Below, piece by piece: positions 16,380 through 34,562 of a stretch of DNA of 64,000 nt. The stretch is taken from assembly GCF_009914755.1 (NCBI RefSeq), contig NC_060939.1. One strand, written 5' to 3'. This DNA comes from the human T2T-CHM13v2.0 reference genome, Homo sapiens. Both the position numbers and the translations under genes were made by a program. The first letter of the stretch is position 1. Each line of letters begins with the position of its first letter. A model generated the notes under the pieces. It did no database searches and was not told where the DNA came from. It saw only the letters and a list, made by a program, of their open reading frames with translations.

Positions 16380-16923
16380 AGACACATGATGAATTAGGAG
16401 TTTGGCAGGACTTATTTCACAAGATACAGGTTACAAAGACCCCATTAATAAAACAGGATGCAGTAAAGAAGCCAGCCAAAACCCACCAAAACCATGATGG
16501 CAACAAATGTGACCTCTGGTCATCCTCACTGCTCATTAAATATTAATTATGAGACATTAGCATACTAAAGGAAACTCCCATGTGTGCCATGACAGTTTAC
16601 AAATGCCATGGCAATCCGGAAATTGCCTTATATGGCCTGAAAGGGGAAGGAACCCTCCGTTTTGGGAAACTCCAGCCTTTTTCCCAGAAAACTCATAAAT
16701 TACCCACTCCTTGTTTAGCATATGATCAAGAAATAACCATAAAAATAGCCAGCAGCTATCAGGGCTGCTCTGCCTAGGGAGCAGCCACCTTTTTATTCCT
16801 TTATTTTCTTAAAGAACTTGCTTTCACTTTACTCTGTTGGCTTGCTCTTGAATTTTTTTGCAAATCCAAGAACCCCCATGGCCTCCTGAGCTGAACCCCA
16901 GTTTTGGAGTTTACCTTGTGACA
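16380..16923 (+). mobile_element. MER41-family ERV1 solo LTR, 5' part missing
   Basis: cacaagatacagg...gacctctggtcatcctcactgctcatta...gccatgacagtttacaaatgccatggcaa...aaatccaagaaccc...tgtgaca. Confidence 0.88.
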
Positions 16924-18369
16924 ATCACATGAAAGTAAAGGTCTGTCTCTAATTCCAAACAAAACCTGACCCATCCAACACCAGCCAGGTGCTGGAAGAA
17001 TGACATGGAAATTATAACCTGAGATAAGTCAGTATCTTCCACACCCATGGAACTGGTCTCAGGAAGGAGAACTCATGGCTTAAAAAAACCTAAGCCTAGG
17101 GACTCTAGGAAATCATCTGTGTGAATTTTACTTGAAGAGACCCTTAGCTCACTAATTTTAAATGGACGCTCCGGTTTCCTTATTGGTGCAATTTCACTGT
17201 TGCATATCACAAACCAAGCACGTGAAGCAGCTCTCCTCTCACTCTTGAATGTGTTTCTTTTTATATTTCCTGCCAGTTAGCATACTCAAGTAACGAGATA
17301 AATTGGTTTTATAGGAAAGCAGAGAAATATATGAAGAACAGTTTATGTAGGGTCAAACCCTTAAAGAGTTAAAGACATTCTACATATAAAATTCAAGCAA
17401 TAATATCTACCTTCAAGTAACACATGACTGTTAGACTTACCACATGCAAAGCACTGTGGAATCACCGTAGATCCCATAAAAGGAAGAAGACAAGACTTTG
17501 GCCTGAAGGAGTTTATAAAGCAGCCTAGGAATATATGACTCTTAAATGTAATTAATAGGGTGGTAAGTTCTATAATTAAGCTACAAAGAGCTTTAGGCAG
17601 AAAAAGAAGCATGAGGACAAATTTAATTTAAATAGATGTAAGGGAAATTTCATGAGGTGACATCTTTTTATATGGGCTTTGAAGGACAAATTGAATCTCA
17701 ATAAGTAGGCAAGCTCTTGTTTATGTAGTTATTCATTCATTCGTCACAATAAATACTTACTGAAAACCTTCCAAGTTTCTATGAAATCTTTTGGATGCAA
17801 AAGAGGTGTTCCTCAATCAGAAAAAAAAGAGGGTCTAGAGAGGTGCAGAAGCATGAGAAAATTAGCAAAACAAAATCAGGTGAGGAATTGGGAAGAGGAA
17901 AGATAAAAGGGTCGTTAGTTAATAAAATAAGACTGGGGGAGTGAGAAGCAGAGAAAATGGAAATGGAATCTGTTTCTGAAAGTGTATGATTTTAATAAAA
18001 AGTTCAAGAGAAGTGTCAGTTACTATTATTATAATCAATAGTCTCAAATGGTGTGCTGAAATGTTTTGAATTTATGTAATAGCAAGGTTTTTTTGAGCAG
18101 GGGAATGATAGTCTCAGTACCCTTCTTAGGAGGAAAAAAAATGCTAATAAGCCCCACAGAGCATTGGGATAATGGGGTTCCTCTGACACAAATTCTGCAA
18201 ATGCCTCCCTGAAAGAGTTCATTCTGTGTCTGCTCCAGGGCATTCTTAACCCATTTAGATATAAAATAAACCAGGGAGGCACAAGGCAGCAAATTTGGTT
18301 ATAAGGCAACTTGCTTTAAAAGGATTTTTTGAAAACTATTAAATGTGTCTGATGTGCCAAACACAATTG

Positions 18370-18445
18370 TTTTTGGACTTGAATTATGGTTTTCTTGAAT
18401 TATGGTTTTTTTAATTATGGTTTTTTGGACTTGAATTATGGACTG
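18370..18445. repeat. short imperfect minisatellite, unit ~tttttggacttgaattatgg, ~4 copies
   Basis: aattatgg occurs four times with variable T runs. Confidence 0.85.
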
Positions 18446-19231
18446 ATTGATACAGTGATGACTGTTGGCCATATCTCTTTAAACGCTCTGAGGCCCCAGC
18501 CAATCTTTCTTTGCTATGACCATCTTAAACATTTTCATTTGCCCAGCACAGCATGCCTCACATTTCCAAGCTATACAACAAGCCGTTGTGATTAAATATA
18601 CTCCAGGCTCTCTACTCCGTCTTGTTCTATAGACACATTGGCCATCAGTGTTTGTGTATTTAAATACATATATTCAATTTATGTGGACTACGGTGAGGTT
18701 ACATGAAATAAGTCCACCTGAGAGTGTTTATCTTCATCTCTTACCTGGTAGTCTCTCTTTAAATCTGGCTAGGGGTGATCACCTGTCTGCCAAGATTAAA
18801 AAGTAGACAACTGTCCAGGATGTATATATGACATTAGGTATACAGAGTTCACCAGTTCAAATAGAATTAGAATTTAGCTCCCTTATTTAGTCAGGTCTCC
18901 CCTATCCTCACAGGGTAGCTTCAGTAAACTCCCATATGGCCATAAGTAGAAATTTCTAGGTATATCATAGTTGGAAATTTACCAAACAATACAGTTTCTC
19001 CAGAAGCCAAAGACAGGCATTTAATTTGTCTCTGCAAACTTCCTGCCAGGTAATTTTATTGCCTTCCAAGCTAATTTTTTCCTAAGTGGCTTTTGTGATA
19101 TACATGTAAACTTGAAGCAGACCTAAAAAGTGGACCTAAAAAAGCAGATGGTCAGGGCAGTGACCCCAGTGAATATATGCAGGGTCCCTCCCTGGGTACC
19201 TACGAAGATAATTGTTGACCTCTTTCCACTA

Positions 19232-19271
19232 AATAATAGTAAAATAATAGTAATAATAATAATAATAATAA
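19232..19271. repeat. (AAT)n microsatellite
   Basis: aataatagtaaaataatagtaataataataataataataaa. Confidence 0.9.
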
Positions 19272-19519
19272 AGATGTTCAAAAGGCAGGTTACAGGACAA
19301 AAATTGAGAAGACAAGAAATCAATGATTCAGACAAAGCACCAATGTTATCCTTTTCTCTTTGTTCAGGTCTATGGATTGATGATTTGTGTGGTGTTGAGG
19401 GTTTCACTGTATCCAGGGGACACAAGTGTGCAGTCAAGCTAATGCCAGCAGAGGCAGAGCCACAGAGAGTCCCAAAAAGGAAGGAAGTGGAGGATATTCC
19501 TTAAAATATTAACCTTCCT

Positions 19520-20607
19520 GGGGCTCAGTCTTTAGCTTCCTTTACTTCTCTCCACTGATGTCTCCCAAATCGTATTTTCAGATTCAAACTCTCCCCTGAA
19601 CTTTAAACTCATTTTTTCAACTACTAACTACACCTGGATGTACTGCAGACCTGGAAGCAAACACGTCCAAAACAAAATTTGAACTCCTTCCTGAATCCAT
19701 TCCCCGCAAGACTTTACCATCAAACTAAATGGCATCACCATTTACCCAGCTGCTAAGTCCAAATGTCCAGGCATAGGCATATTTACCAACTCCTCTTCTC
19801 TCTAATATCTCTTATACAATCCATTTAGCAAGTCCTGTTATTGCTATGTTAGCCTTATATTATGAACTTGATCAATTCCTATAAATTCTACTGCTAATAC
19901 ATAAAGTCAACCCCAATTATTTATCCCCTAGACTGTCATAAAAGACCTCTGAGTCCCCTACTTCCGGACTCTCCATACGCTGTCCTGTGCCCTTTGCCTT
20001 AGCTTCTCCAGACATAGCATCCAGAAGGATCATTCCAAATGAAAAAAACAGATCACATCACTCACCTGCTCAAAATGCTCCCACCAGGTTTCAAATAAAA
20101 TTGAAAATCTTTAGCAAGGTCTACAAGGCTCTTCATGGTGTGGGCCTACTTACCACTTAGACCTCATCCCCAGGTACCTCCCTGATCGCCCCTCACTCAT
20201 TTTGCTGTACCCTATCCTTGTTGTGATTTCAAAATGTTCAGCTCCTTTTTGGATTTTATACTGTTTCATCTTCCCAGACTCTGCACCCCCAGGAGTTTTA
20301 AAGGGCAGGATGCTTCATGTCAGGTAGGTTTCTGTGAAAATTTGACCTTCTAGACCATTCTATTTAAAATAGTCTCCACCCTATCTCTGCCCTCTGTATA
20401 CCATCCCAACTATAGCCAACTAAGTTTTTTTTTTCTTAGTACTCACATCACTTGAAATTGCATTATCTGTTCACTTGCTTAATACCTGTGGCTTTCAAAA
20501 GACAATAATTTCCACATATGGCAAGACTTTTTTATTCATTGCTGTTTCCTTAAAACTTAGACCAGCATCTGGTACGCAATAGATACTGAATACCTATTTA
20601 ATGAATC
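19520..20607 (+). mobile_element. L2 LINE 3' portion
   Basis: ctcccaaatc...aatggcatcaccatttacccagctgct...cagatcacatcactcacctgctcaaaa...tattcattgctgtttcc...tatttaatgaat L2 tail. Confidence 0.8.
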
Positions 20608-23459
20608 AGAACACAACCCAAGGCCTGTGGGGAAGGATGAGATAACTGCTGACTGTCCAGCCACAGTGTGTGATGAGTGTGTTAAAACTATTTGGGATTT
20701 AGGTTTAAGAGACTTTCCATTTTGATATGCCATCTTATTAATTCAATACTTATTGTGCATAGTTTCTTACTAACTTTTCTCTTTTTAATGAGTACAAGAG
20801 AAATGAGTGGCCATGATCTTTCTTGTTTTATACAGCAATCACTCCCTTGAATGTTAGAATAGAAAATGAGATCCAAAGACTTTAAAAAAAAATAAAGGCC
20901 TGTGGTATGGTGGAAAAGATGTACTGAAGCTAGAATTATATGTTCATTGAGTGTTAGAATAGATGCCCCTTAGAGAAAACCTCAACCCTCTGCTGGAATT
21001 ACTACCTCTGAATTAGAGATCATGGTATCCCTATAAAGGTTTAAGACTTGAATAATCTAAATAAGATTCAGAATTTAATTAAACTCCCATGTATGTACTA
21101 TAATGGATATTACTAAGTATGAATTAAGATAAATATCCTTATCTTAAAAAATTCCAAATAAAGAGAAAAATATAAAATGTGCCAATACTGAAAAGAACTT
21201 AAGAAAGTAACTCAACTTTGGATGCTTCATCTGAAAAAAAAAAAAAGAAAAATGAAATTAATTATATCTACCCCCACTCAACTATGATGAGGGATAAATA
21301 AGAAGTAGGTGAATAGGCTTTGATAACTATAATTTCCTAGAGAAAAAGAAGAATTATCAAGAGTATTACCAGATAGAGGGGTCCCCTTAGCTCCAGGGAG
21401 ACTCTAGTCTCAATGAGTCGCATGGTTTAGACAATTTCCTTTGACTCAAGCAGAGGCCAGATGCAGTACCGCAGAGCAAACACAGATCTGGAAGGCAGGA
21501 GACTCAGATCCTTGTCCCATCCACAACATGACCTCATTAAGTTTTCTCAGGTCTTTCTCATTCTGTCTCTAATCTTGATTTTATTATCTATGGAAAGAGT
21601 AGTCCAAAGTTGTGAACTCTTAAGGGCCTGTCATCTCTGAATTCATGACTTTTTAAGTTCCTTGGTACAATCATAGTATTTTACTGCTAAATCTGTGAGC
21701 CTAAGCAGTTGCTATACCCACTCCCTGTATTTTCTTCTATCACAGTAAATTGAAGGAAATGTCTTGAGAATAAAACAGACCCCAGTCAGTCTCATACATG
21801 GCACTCCACAAATAGCTGGAGTATGGTTTTAGTGACCAGCTGTGCTAGACCATAGACATGGACTATTGCCTGGCACACCACTTTAACCCAAGAGACAGAA
21901 AAGTGCATACTCAAAGCAAAACAATAAGATTGGCCTATCATACTGCTTTTCTCCAACTTTACAGCACCATTATCAGATCTTTTGCTTTTAAGGTGAGTGG
22001 CACTGCTTTTTGTGTGTTTTTGTTTGTTTGTTTGTTTGTTTTAATCAATGAAATGAAGTGCAAAGGTCTAGTAAGGCAATAGCAGTGTTCTCAGTCTCTA
22101 TCTATATTACTATTGTCCTTCTATACCCACTACTGTCATCTGCTAAGGAAAGGCTCTTCCTATTACAGATACAGAACCAACAGAACACACTTAAAAAAAT
22201 AAACATATGCTTTCAACCTCAAAGGACAGTGAGAGGCAAAGTTTAAACTTTTGGCTTATACTGAAGTTCAGTTCTTCCCACATGTCAGAGACCTCTGGCT
22301 ATGGGTGAATCTCACTGAGAAAAAACCTATGATGATTATTCCATTTGGCTTGCATGGAATTTATTACAGAATGTGTCATTCAGAATGTGTCAAGTCAGAG
22401 TCTCACCTTTGTGTCTTCAACTAGTATACCAGATTGCTAAGCTACATCATGGCAACATCAATGAGTTCAAATGGGCTGGGCTTCTAATAATAAAACATTC
22501 ATCATGCCATAGCTAAGTTTCTTGAACAGGCTCACGTTTTATCCAATGTTTATAATAGTTCTCAATAATTTTTTATTGGTGGTTTCAATAAAAATCACTT
22601 ATACACAGAAGCAGCTAATTAATTGTGTAGTTTTTTATGTTAACTTATTATTTACAAAGTACTGTCAAAGTTATTTTAAATGGAAATTATATGCTTATTT
22701 AAGTTAAGAAAGACAGACAAAATGACTTGTCCACACTCACCCAGTTTAATCTTCTAGAACCAAGACTTGTATCTGGTTCTTCTGATAGTTATTAAAAGTA
22801 GCCCTGAGGAACAATGGTATAATTAATAAAATGAGGTAATTTTGTGAATTATTTCAGAAACAAATTCTGGTCTTAAAAACACCTTATTACAAAAAGAAAT
22901 TTAAGCAAAACATCTGCAAAATTTAGAAACTTACTTTAGGCAGATAATTTTCTTCCCTATAAGTGTATGAAGTTCAAAAGAATATCAAAAATTCTGTAAA
23001 CTTTCACTCGGATTTTAAAAATATGTAGTAGATGTGTTTCTTGGTTTTAAGTATAGAAATGTGTGGTGTCAAAAGGGATTATATCTCAGAGAACACTGTA
23101 ACCATTAGTTTTCACCTTCAGTGAATAGAAATCAGAAAAGCAAACCAAGTCCATAGAAAGAGCAGAGAATATTCACATTGATTATGCTTCCATTCAGGGG
23201 TTCAAAACCTGTTAAGAAACAAACAAAAAGCTGTACTCTGGCTGGTTAATTTGTTTCCCATAGGGAAATGGGTTTGTAAAACTACTTCACCTGTTTACTG
23301 GAGTTGAACATGTAAATAAATATGTTGTAGATAATGGAATCCTAGAGTCTCACCTTTGGTGAAAATATTTATAAATAATTGCTTGGGGGCAGTTACTAGC
23401 ATAAATCCTTTGGTGTTGATTTGGAATCAAAACTATCAGAATGACCTCATTTTATAGAT

Positions 23460-24578
23460 AGATACATGGATAGATAAATACACGCAGAAATGAATATGAT
23501 ATGTGTATAAACATGATGCATCCACTAGTAGTCATACATTTATTTCCTAGTTCTGTCTCCTAAGAGGGCCTTGACACAGTGGCACCCCACTAGCAACGTG
23601 CATATACAGTGCTCACATTTTGGTTGCTAAATCTCATTCTTCAAAAAAGGAACTAGGGCTCTTTGAAGAATTGGTGATTTCATGGCTGGGGTAGGGGAAA
23701 GTCAAAATGAATCTGGACCATATTGTGGTGCCAAAAAGTAATAAAAAAGGGTAGATAAAAAGGAATAGAAGTGAACCTTAAAGGACTTTCAAATATAGGA
23801 TAATTTGAGGAAGAAACTGAATAATGATAGCATTGGATTGTAAAACAGAAAAATTAAACATCCATGAGTCTGTACTGTACAAAATAATACAATAAATAAA
23901 TATGTGGGAGAAATGGACAGATCTTCCTTACAAATGAATTCCAAATAATAAAAGCAAAACATCATAGTAATAAATCACAGTATTCTCTCCAAATATTTAT
24001 CTATTTCAAAGAAAAACATAGTAACTTTATAGTTACCTTTATACAAACTTGGCCAAAACCACATTAATCAAATGAGTTATATCACCAGTAATAAGACATT
24101 GATATTATGTATCTCTTGATATGATGTGTGAGAAGGGCACGTCACCTTTATGGTATTCTTCCCAAAAATCCATATCCTTAATCTAGCCATGAGAAAAGAT
24201 CAGACAGGCTTAAATTAAGGGACATTCTACAAAATACCTGACTACTACTCTTCAAACATGACAGGGTTATGATAGATAAGAAAATACAGAGAAATTCTCA
24301 CAGATCGGTGGAGACTAAAGAGAGATATGCCAAATAAATGCAATGTGGGATCCTGTAAGGAAAAAAAAAAAGAATATTAGTGAGAAAACTGTTGATATCT
24401 TAATAATGTTTGTGAGTTTAGGTAGTACATTTATCTCATAGTTTTGATCATCATACCTTGATTATATAAGATACTTTCATTAGGGAGGCTGGGTGAAGAA
24501 TATATGAAAAACATGTACTATTTTTGAAACTCTTCTGTAAGTTTATCTAAAATCTGCCTAAAAAGTTAAATAAAAAAG
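23460..24578 (+). mobile_element. L1MC3/4-like 3'UTR fragment
   Basis: tatttcctagttctgtctcctaagagggcc...aaggaactagggctc...gggaggctgggtgaag...aactcttctgtaag followed by an A-rich end. Confidence 0.75.
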
Positions 24579-24749
24579 TAACACACATTGTAAATCTTCA
24601 CCATTAATTGAGGACAGAGAATTGTGAAAGTCCTGGAATGAGAAAAAGGGAGAATAACTAGGAGGAAAACCCAGGGAATTTTCAGGGATATTTCATGCTT
24701 AATTTCAAGTTGTTGCCTGTTAACAAATTTATTGTAGTGCAATTTAGCT

Positions 24750-25168
24750 GATGCAAGTTGAGTTCTGAGAGATGCATTCTCTAAGATAGAGGTCAATGTG
24801 CAGGGTGCTTATTTAGGGCTTTTAGAAGTTATGGAAAGGATGGAAAAGAGAGGAGATTGGGCGTAAGAAGAAGCTCGACAGTGATATAGTCTCAACAAAG
24901 ACCTCAAACCTGACCTACAGAAAGTCCTAAAGCTAGGAAAGCCCTTCAAAGTTGTCCTAAGTTGGGACAAGGGTGTCAGGCCCTTATAACCCTGCTTATC
25001 AGTCATTGGATGCTGCTTGGTCCTTGGGCAAGGCAGTTTTCCTCAGCGGAGACCATCCTCCAGGAGGATGACAGTTAAAGCCATCCTATGGCAGCGCTGT
25101 CATCAGCTGGGGAGTAAGTTCCTCATCTCTGAAAGGGGGCTTGGGTGACCATCATAGCATCCACCACA
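24750..25168 (-). mobile_element. LTR16-type ERVL solo LTR
   Basis: gtctcaacaaagacctca...gcccttcaaagttgtcctaagttggg...cagtcattggatgc...catagcatccaccaca. Confidence 0.75.
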
Positions 25169-25541
25169 TTAGCCAACTCTAGCCATTAAGTAACATAGCC
25201 TATTCACAACAAATGTGTCTGTAGTGATGTTTGTGAGAGTGAAAAATTAAAAATTTTAAAATATCTATATCACATGCTTGGAGTAATGCAGGGTGGTAGA
25301 AAGGGAGCAGACATTTGACGTGGATGAAGAAAGGGAGAAACAACATAATAGGAGACAGGGAACCTCATTCTCCAAGAGTTTTTATACATTCTGAGGGGGA
25401 GATGAAACCAAAAGGTGTGCATAAGCTCAGGACAGTTTATTTGTTTATAGAGGAAAAGGTGACCTTCTAAGAATGTTTAAAACCCTGAGGGGCAGGAAAG
25501 TGGCACAAAATCAGATTATATAAATTTAATAAGAATAATAG

Positions 25542-26064
25542 TGTGGTAGGCAGAATGATGTCCCAGCTTCCTACATTTCAAATATACCCTCTGCCTAATC
25601 CTTGGAACCTGTGAATATGTTAGGTTACATAGTAATGAGAAACTAGGTTTCAGATAAGTTGTTTGCTAATATATTGACCACAAATTAGGAAGATTATCCT
25701 GGGTTACTTGGGTGAGCCCAATGTAATCACAAGGGCCCTTAAAAGTAAAAGAGGAAGGCAGAAGAGGAAAGTCAGATAGAGACGTGACTATGGAGGAATG
25801 ATAACAGGGGTGCAAATTTGCTGGCATTAAAGACAGAATACTGAGGCCACTAGCCAAGGAATGTAGGCAGCCACTACAAGCTGGAAGAGGCAGGGAAATT
25901 CTTCCCTAGAGGCTACAGAAAGAAATACGGGCCTGCTCATACATTGATTTTAGTCAATGATAACTATGTCAGACTTCCAACCTGAAGAAATGTAAAATAT
26001 TAAATTTGTGTTAAGACACTAAGTTTGTGGTAATTTATTGCAGCAGCAATAGAAAACTATTAGA
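25542..26064 (+). mobile_element. MLT1D MaLR solo LTR
   Basis: tgtggtaggcagaat...ggaacctgtgaatatgtta...cccaatgtaatcacaagggcccttaaaagt...gcagcaatagaaaacta. Confidence 0.88.
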
Positions 26065-28142
26065 AATGATTTGGATTCCAGACTTCCCTTTTTAAGTCTC
26101 TATGTCTGGTGGAGTAGGTCACAAGTTGGGAGGATAGGCCTATGAAAGGCAGTGGAGGCTGAGGAGACTAGTCAAAAAAGAGAAGTTGAACAGCCAAATT
26201 AGCAATGATCACTACATATTCTGAAAGGTGGTTACCCTGTGTCACCACAATCTTCCATAAACAAAAACTCCTCAGTAAAGCTACAAAAATAAATGTACTA
26301 TCAGTATGTTTACATTGCTTATGGAAGCCAGCAAGGAGTAAAGTTTGGGAAAAGATTGAAGAAAATGAATCGGCAACTAAATCTATCATGATAATAGAGC
26401 AGAGAAACAAAGAAAACAAGGAAAAAAGAAGATTAGAAATTCATAAAGATCATAGAAAGGAATGATTAAGTTGGAATCAATGTGTATTGGAATCAACAAA
26501 TTTATAAATTCAGAAGATCTGCTAAGCTTATGTAAATCTTTGAGAGCTATAAAAGTCAATCCTTTGAAAGAAGATTCTGGGAAGACAGTAGAGTAGGAAG
26601 AACCAGGAGTCTGTCTCCCCACATAGCTAACAATTGCACTGGCAGAGTCTTTCTGATGTAACTATTTTGGAACTTTGAAGTCTATGTAAGGCTTGAAACT
26701 CCCAGAGAAAGGCATGAACAGTAAATTATGGTTACATTTGGTCAATTTCAGCTTTGAGCACAGTAGCAGCTACTCATCCCATTCTCTGACAGCTGACAGT
26801 TGTACATAATTTCCTGAAGCAGCAAGAACACTGGAGCCAGGGTGGGCAAAAAAGACCCTGTCCTCCAAATGTCAGGGATCTGTGCACTAATCACCAATTG
26901 CTGCTTCTGATCACAGAGGGGCAAAGAGTCAGGTGGCCATTGTTGTTGCACCCCCTCCCATCATTGCAGGCCCCTCCCCCTCTGAAGTGACTTCCAGGGC
27001 ATTTAAAAGGCTGGTGCCTTTTATCTCCCTCCCTTTCATTTCTCTCGTTTTCTTCTTTTGGGACACAAACATTGAAGACTAGCTCATCAAATGCAACTGC
27101 ATACGCAGGGGAAATAAAAAAGGCAAAGTACATGCCAAGGGGAAGGCACAGGCTCAAAAAAGACCTAAGAAGATCTTAGGTCTACACATGAGGCTAGTCT
27201 TTGGCAGAGACAGCCTATAATTTTTTTAAAGCAAAAATTTTAAAAAATCCAAAATCTGGAGAAGGAAAAAAATCTGATTTTCAAAGTTATCATATTATTA
27301 AATTGAAATGTCAAGTTTTCATCAACAACAAGAAAAAATCACAAAGCATACAAAGAAAAAAAGTATATAAGCCAACAGAAACTGTCCTTGATGAAGATCT
27401 GATGGTGAATCTACTGGACAAATACTGTAAAACAACTATCTTATAGGTGCTCAAAGAACTAAATATAGACAGAGAAAGTCAAGAGAATGATTTATGAACA
27501 AAATGGAAATACTAATAAAGATATACAAAATGTAAAAAAGTTCTGAAAATGAAAAATACAATAAATAAAAATTCATTAGAGAAATTCAAAGACAAATTTA
27601 AGCAGGCAGAAGAAAAATATCAGTAAATTTGAGGATAAGATAATATAAATTATTAGGTCTGAGGAACAGAAAGAGAAAAGGTTGAAGATAAGTGCACAGA
27701 GCCTAAATGACATCTGGAACACCGTCAAGGGGAGCAACATACTCACTGTGGGATTTCCAGGAGAAGGATGGAGAGAAAGAGACAGAGAGAAATTTGAAAC
27801 AAAATAATAGCTGAAAACTTTCCAAATTCAATAACATACATAAATATAAACATCCAAGAGGCAGGAGGATTAATTTTAAAACATTCACACATTATAATCA
27901 ACCTCGCAAAAGCCAAATACGAAAATAATTTTTTTTTATTGTACTTTTAAGTTTTAGGGTACATGTGCACAATGTGCAGGTTGGTTACATATGTATACAT
28001 GAGCCATGTTGGTGTGCTGCACCCATTAACTCGTCATTTAACATTAGGTATATTTCCTAATGCTATCCCTTCCCCCTCCCCCCACCCCACAACAGGCCTG
28101 GTGTGTGATGTTCCCCTTCCTGTGTCCATGTGTTCTCATTGT

Positions 28143-31965
<3,823 letters not shown>

Positions 31966-32025
31966 TAGGACGTTAGCTGGTTATTTTGCTCGTTAGTTGC
32001 GGTTTCTTCCTAGCCTCGATGGTCT

Positions 32026-33041
32026 TTACAATTTGGCGTGTTTTTGCCGTGGCTGGTACCAGTTGTTCCTTTCCATGTTTAGTGCTTCCTTCAGGAGCTC
32101 CTTTAGGGCAGGCCTCGTGGTGACAAAATCTCTCAGCATTTGCTTGTCTGTAAAGGATTTTATTTCTCATTCACTGATGAAGCTTAGTTTGGCTGGATAT
32201 GAAATTGTGTGTTAAAAATTCTTTTCTTTAAGAATGTTGAATATTGGTCCCCACTCTCTTCTGGCTTGTAGAGTTTCTGCTGAGAGATCAGCTGTTAGTC
32301 TAATGGGCTTCCCTTTGTGGGTAACCCGACCTTTCTCTCTAGCTGTCCTTAACATTTTTTCCTTCATTTCAACTTTGGTGAATCTGACAATTATGTGTCT
32401 TGGAGTTGCTCTTCTCTAGGAGTATCTTTGTGGCATTCTCTGTACTTCCTGAATTTGAATGTTGGCCTGCCTTCCTAGATTGGGGAAGTTCTCCTGGATA
32501 ATATCCTGCAGTGTTTTCCATCTTGGTTCCATTCTTCCCATCACTTTCAGGTATGCCAATCAGATGTAGATTTGGTCTTTTCACATAGTCCCATACTTCT
32601 TGGAGGCTTTGTTCATTTCTTTTTATTCTCGTTTCTCTAAACTTCTCTTCTCACTTCATTTCATTCATTTGACCATCCATCACTGATACCCTTTATTCCT
32701 GTTGATCGTATCGGTTACTGAGGCTTGTGCATTCATCACGTAGTTTCCGTGCCATGGTTTTCAGCTCCATCAGGTCCTTTAAGGACTTCTCTGCATTGGT
32801 TATTCTAGTTAGCCATTCATCTAATTTTTTTTTCAAGGTTTTTAACTTCTTTGCCATCAGTTCTAACTTCCTCCTTTAGCTCGGAGTAGTTTGATCATCT
32901 GAAGCCTTCTTCTCTCAATGCGTCAAAGTCATTCTCCATCCAGCTTTGTTCCGTTGCTGGTCAGGAGCTGTGTTCCTTTGGAGGAGGGGAGGCACTCTGA
33001 TTTTTAGAGTTTCCAGTTTTTCTGCTCTGTTTTTTCCCCAT
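32026..33041 (-). pseudogene. L1 ORF1p remnant, disrupted
   Basis: ATG at 33041; KRPNLHLIGIPESDG fragment; frameshifts. Confidence 0.9.
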
Positions 33042-34562
33042 CTTTGTGGTTTTATCTACCTTTGGTTTTTGATGATGGTGATGTACAGATGTGGTTTTGG
33101 TGTGGATGTCCTTTCTGTTTGTTAGTTTTCCTTCTAACAGTCAGGACCCTCAGCTGCAGGTCTGTTGGAGTTTGCTGGAGGTCCACTCCAGACCCTGTTT
33201 GCCTGGATATGAGCAGCAGAGGCTGCAGAACAGTGAATATTGGTGAACAGCAAATGTTGCTGCCTGATAGTTCCTCTGGAAGTTTTGTCTCAGAGGAGTA
33301 CCCGGCTGTGTGAGGTGTTCATCTGACTCTACTGGGGGGTGCCTCCCAGTTAGGCTTCTCGGGGGTCAGGGACCCACTTGAGGAGGCAGTCTGTCTGTTC
33401 TCAGATCTCCAGCTGCCTGCTGAGAGAACCACCACTCTCTTCAAAGCTGTCAGACAGGGAGATTTAAGCCTGCAGAGGTTTCTGCTGCCTTTTGTTTGGC
33501 TATGCCTTGCCCCCTGAGGTGGAGTCTACAGAGGCAGGCAGGTCTCCTTGAGCTGAGGTGGGCTCCACCCAGTTCGAGCTTCCTGGCCGCTTTGTTTACC
33601 TACTCAAGCCTCAGCAATGGCGGGCGCCCCTCCCCCAGCCTCACTGCCACCTTGCAGTTTGATCTCAGACTGCTGTGCTGTCAGTGAGTGATGCTCCACG
33701 GGTGTAAGACCCTCTGAGCCAGGTGCAGGATATAATCTCCTGGTGTGCACAGGAGACCATTTGAAAAGTTGGAAATGTGCAGTATTAGGGTGGGAATGAC
33801 CCGATTTTCCAGGTGCCGTCTGTCACCGCTTTCTTTCACTAGGAAAGGGAATTCCCTGACCCCTTGCACTTCCTGGGTGAGGCAATGCCTTGCCCTGCTT
33901 TGGCTCAGGCTCAGTGCACTGCACCCACTGTCCTGCACCCATTGTCCGACACTCCCCAGTGAGATGAACCCAGTACCTCAGTTGGAAATGCAGAAGTCAC
34001 CCGTCTTCTTCATCGCTCATGCTGGGAGCTGTAGACTAGAGCTGTTCCTATTCGGCCATCTTGGCTCCTCCCCTGAAAAGCAAATTTTGAAAGCAGCATG
34101 AGAGGTGACTTGTTACATACAAGGGATCCTTAATTAGATTGTCAGCAATTTTCTCATCAGAAATATTGGAGGCAAATATATTGAAAGTGCAGAAAGAAAA
34201 AAACTCTCAAACAAAAATCCCATATGCAGCAAAAATATTCTTCAAAAGTGAAGGAGAAATTAAGATATTCCTAGATAAGAAAAGGCAGAGAGAATTTATT
34301 ACCACTAAACCTCCACTGCAAGAAATGCTAAAAGAAGTCCTGCAGATTGAAATGAAAGGACAGTAGACAGTAACTCAAAGCCGTATGAAGAAATAAATTT
34401 CTCAGTAAAGGTAAATACATGTTATATAACTCCTTTTTTGTTTTATACATGATTGAAGAGACTAATACATGTAAATAATAATAATAATCTCAAAGCTAGT
34501 ATTATTTTAATTTTGGTCTGTAACTACACCTTTTGTTTTCTACATACTTTAAGAAACTAAGT

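Noticed and set aside
19123-19504. 124-aa and 104-aa overlapping ORFs as a small membrane protein
   Set aside because: The Ile run comes from an (AAT)n microsatellite; no recognisable domain or convincing splice context.
22368-22393. Short tandem duplications (cagaatgtgtca x2; also ~53570 and ~46135)
   Set aside because: Ordinary two-copy slippage duplications with no further structure.
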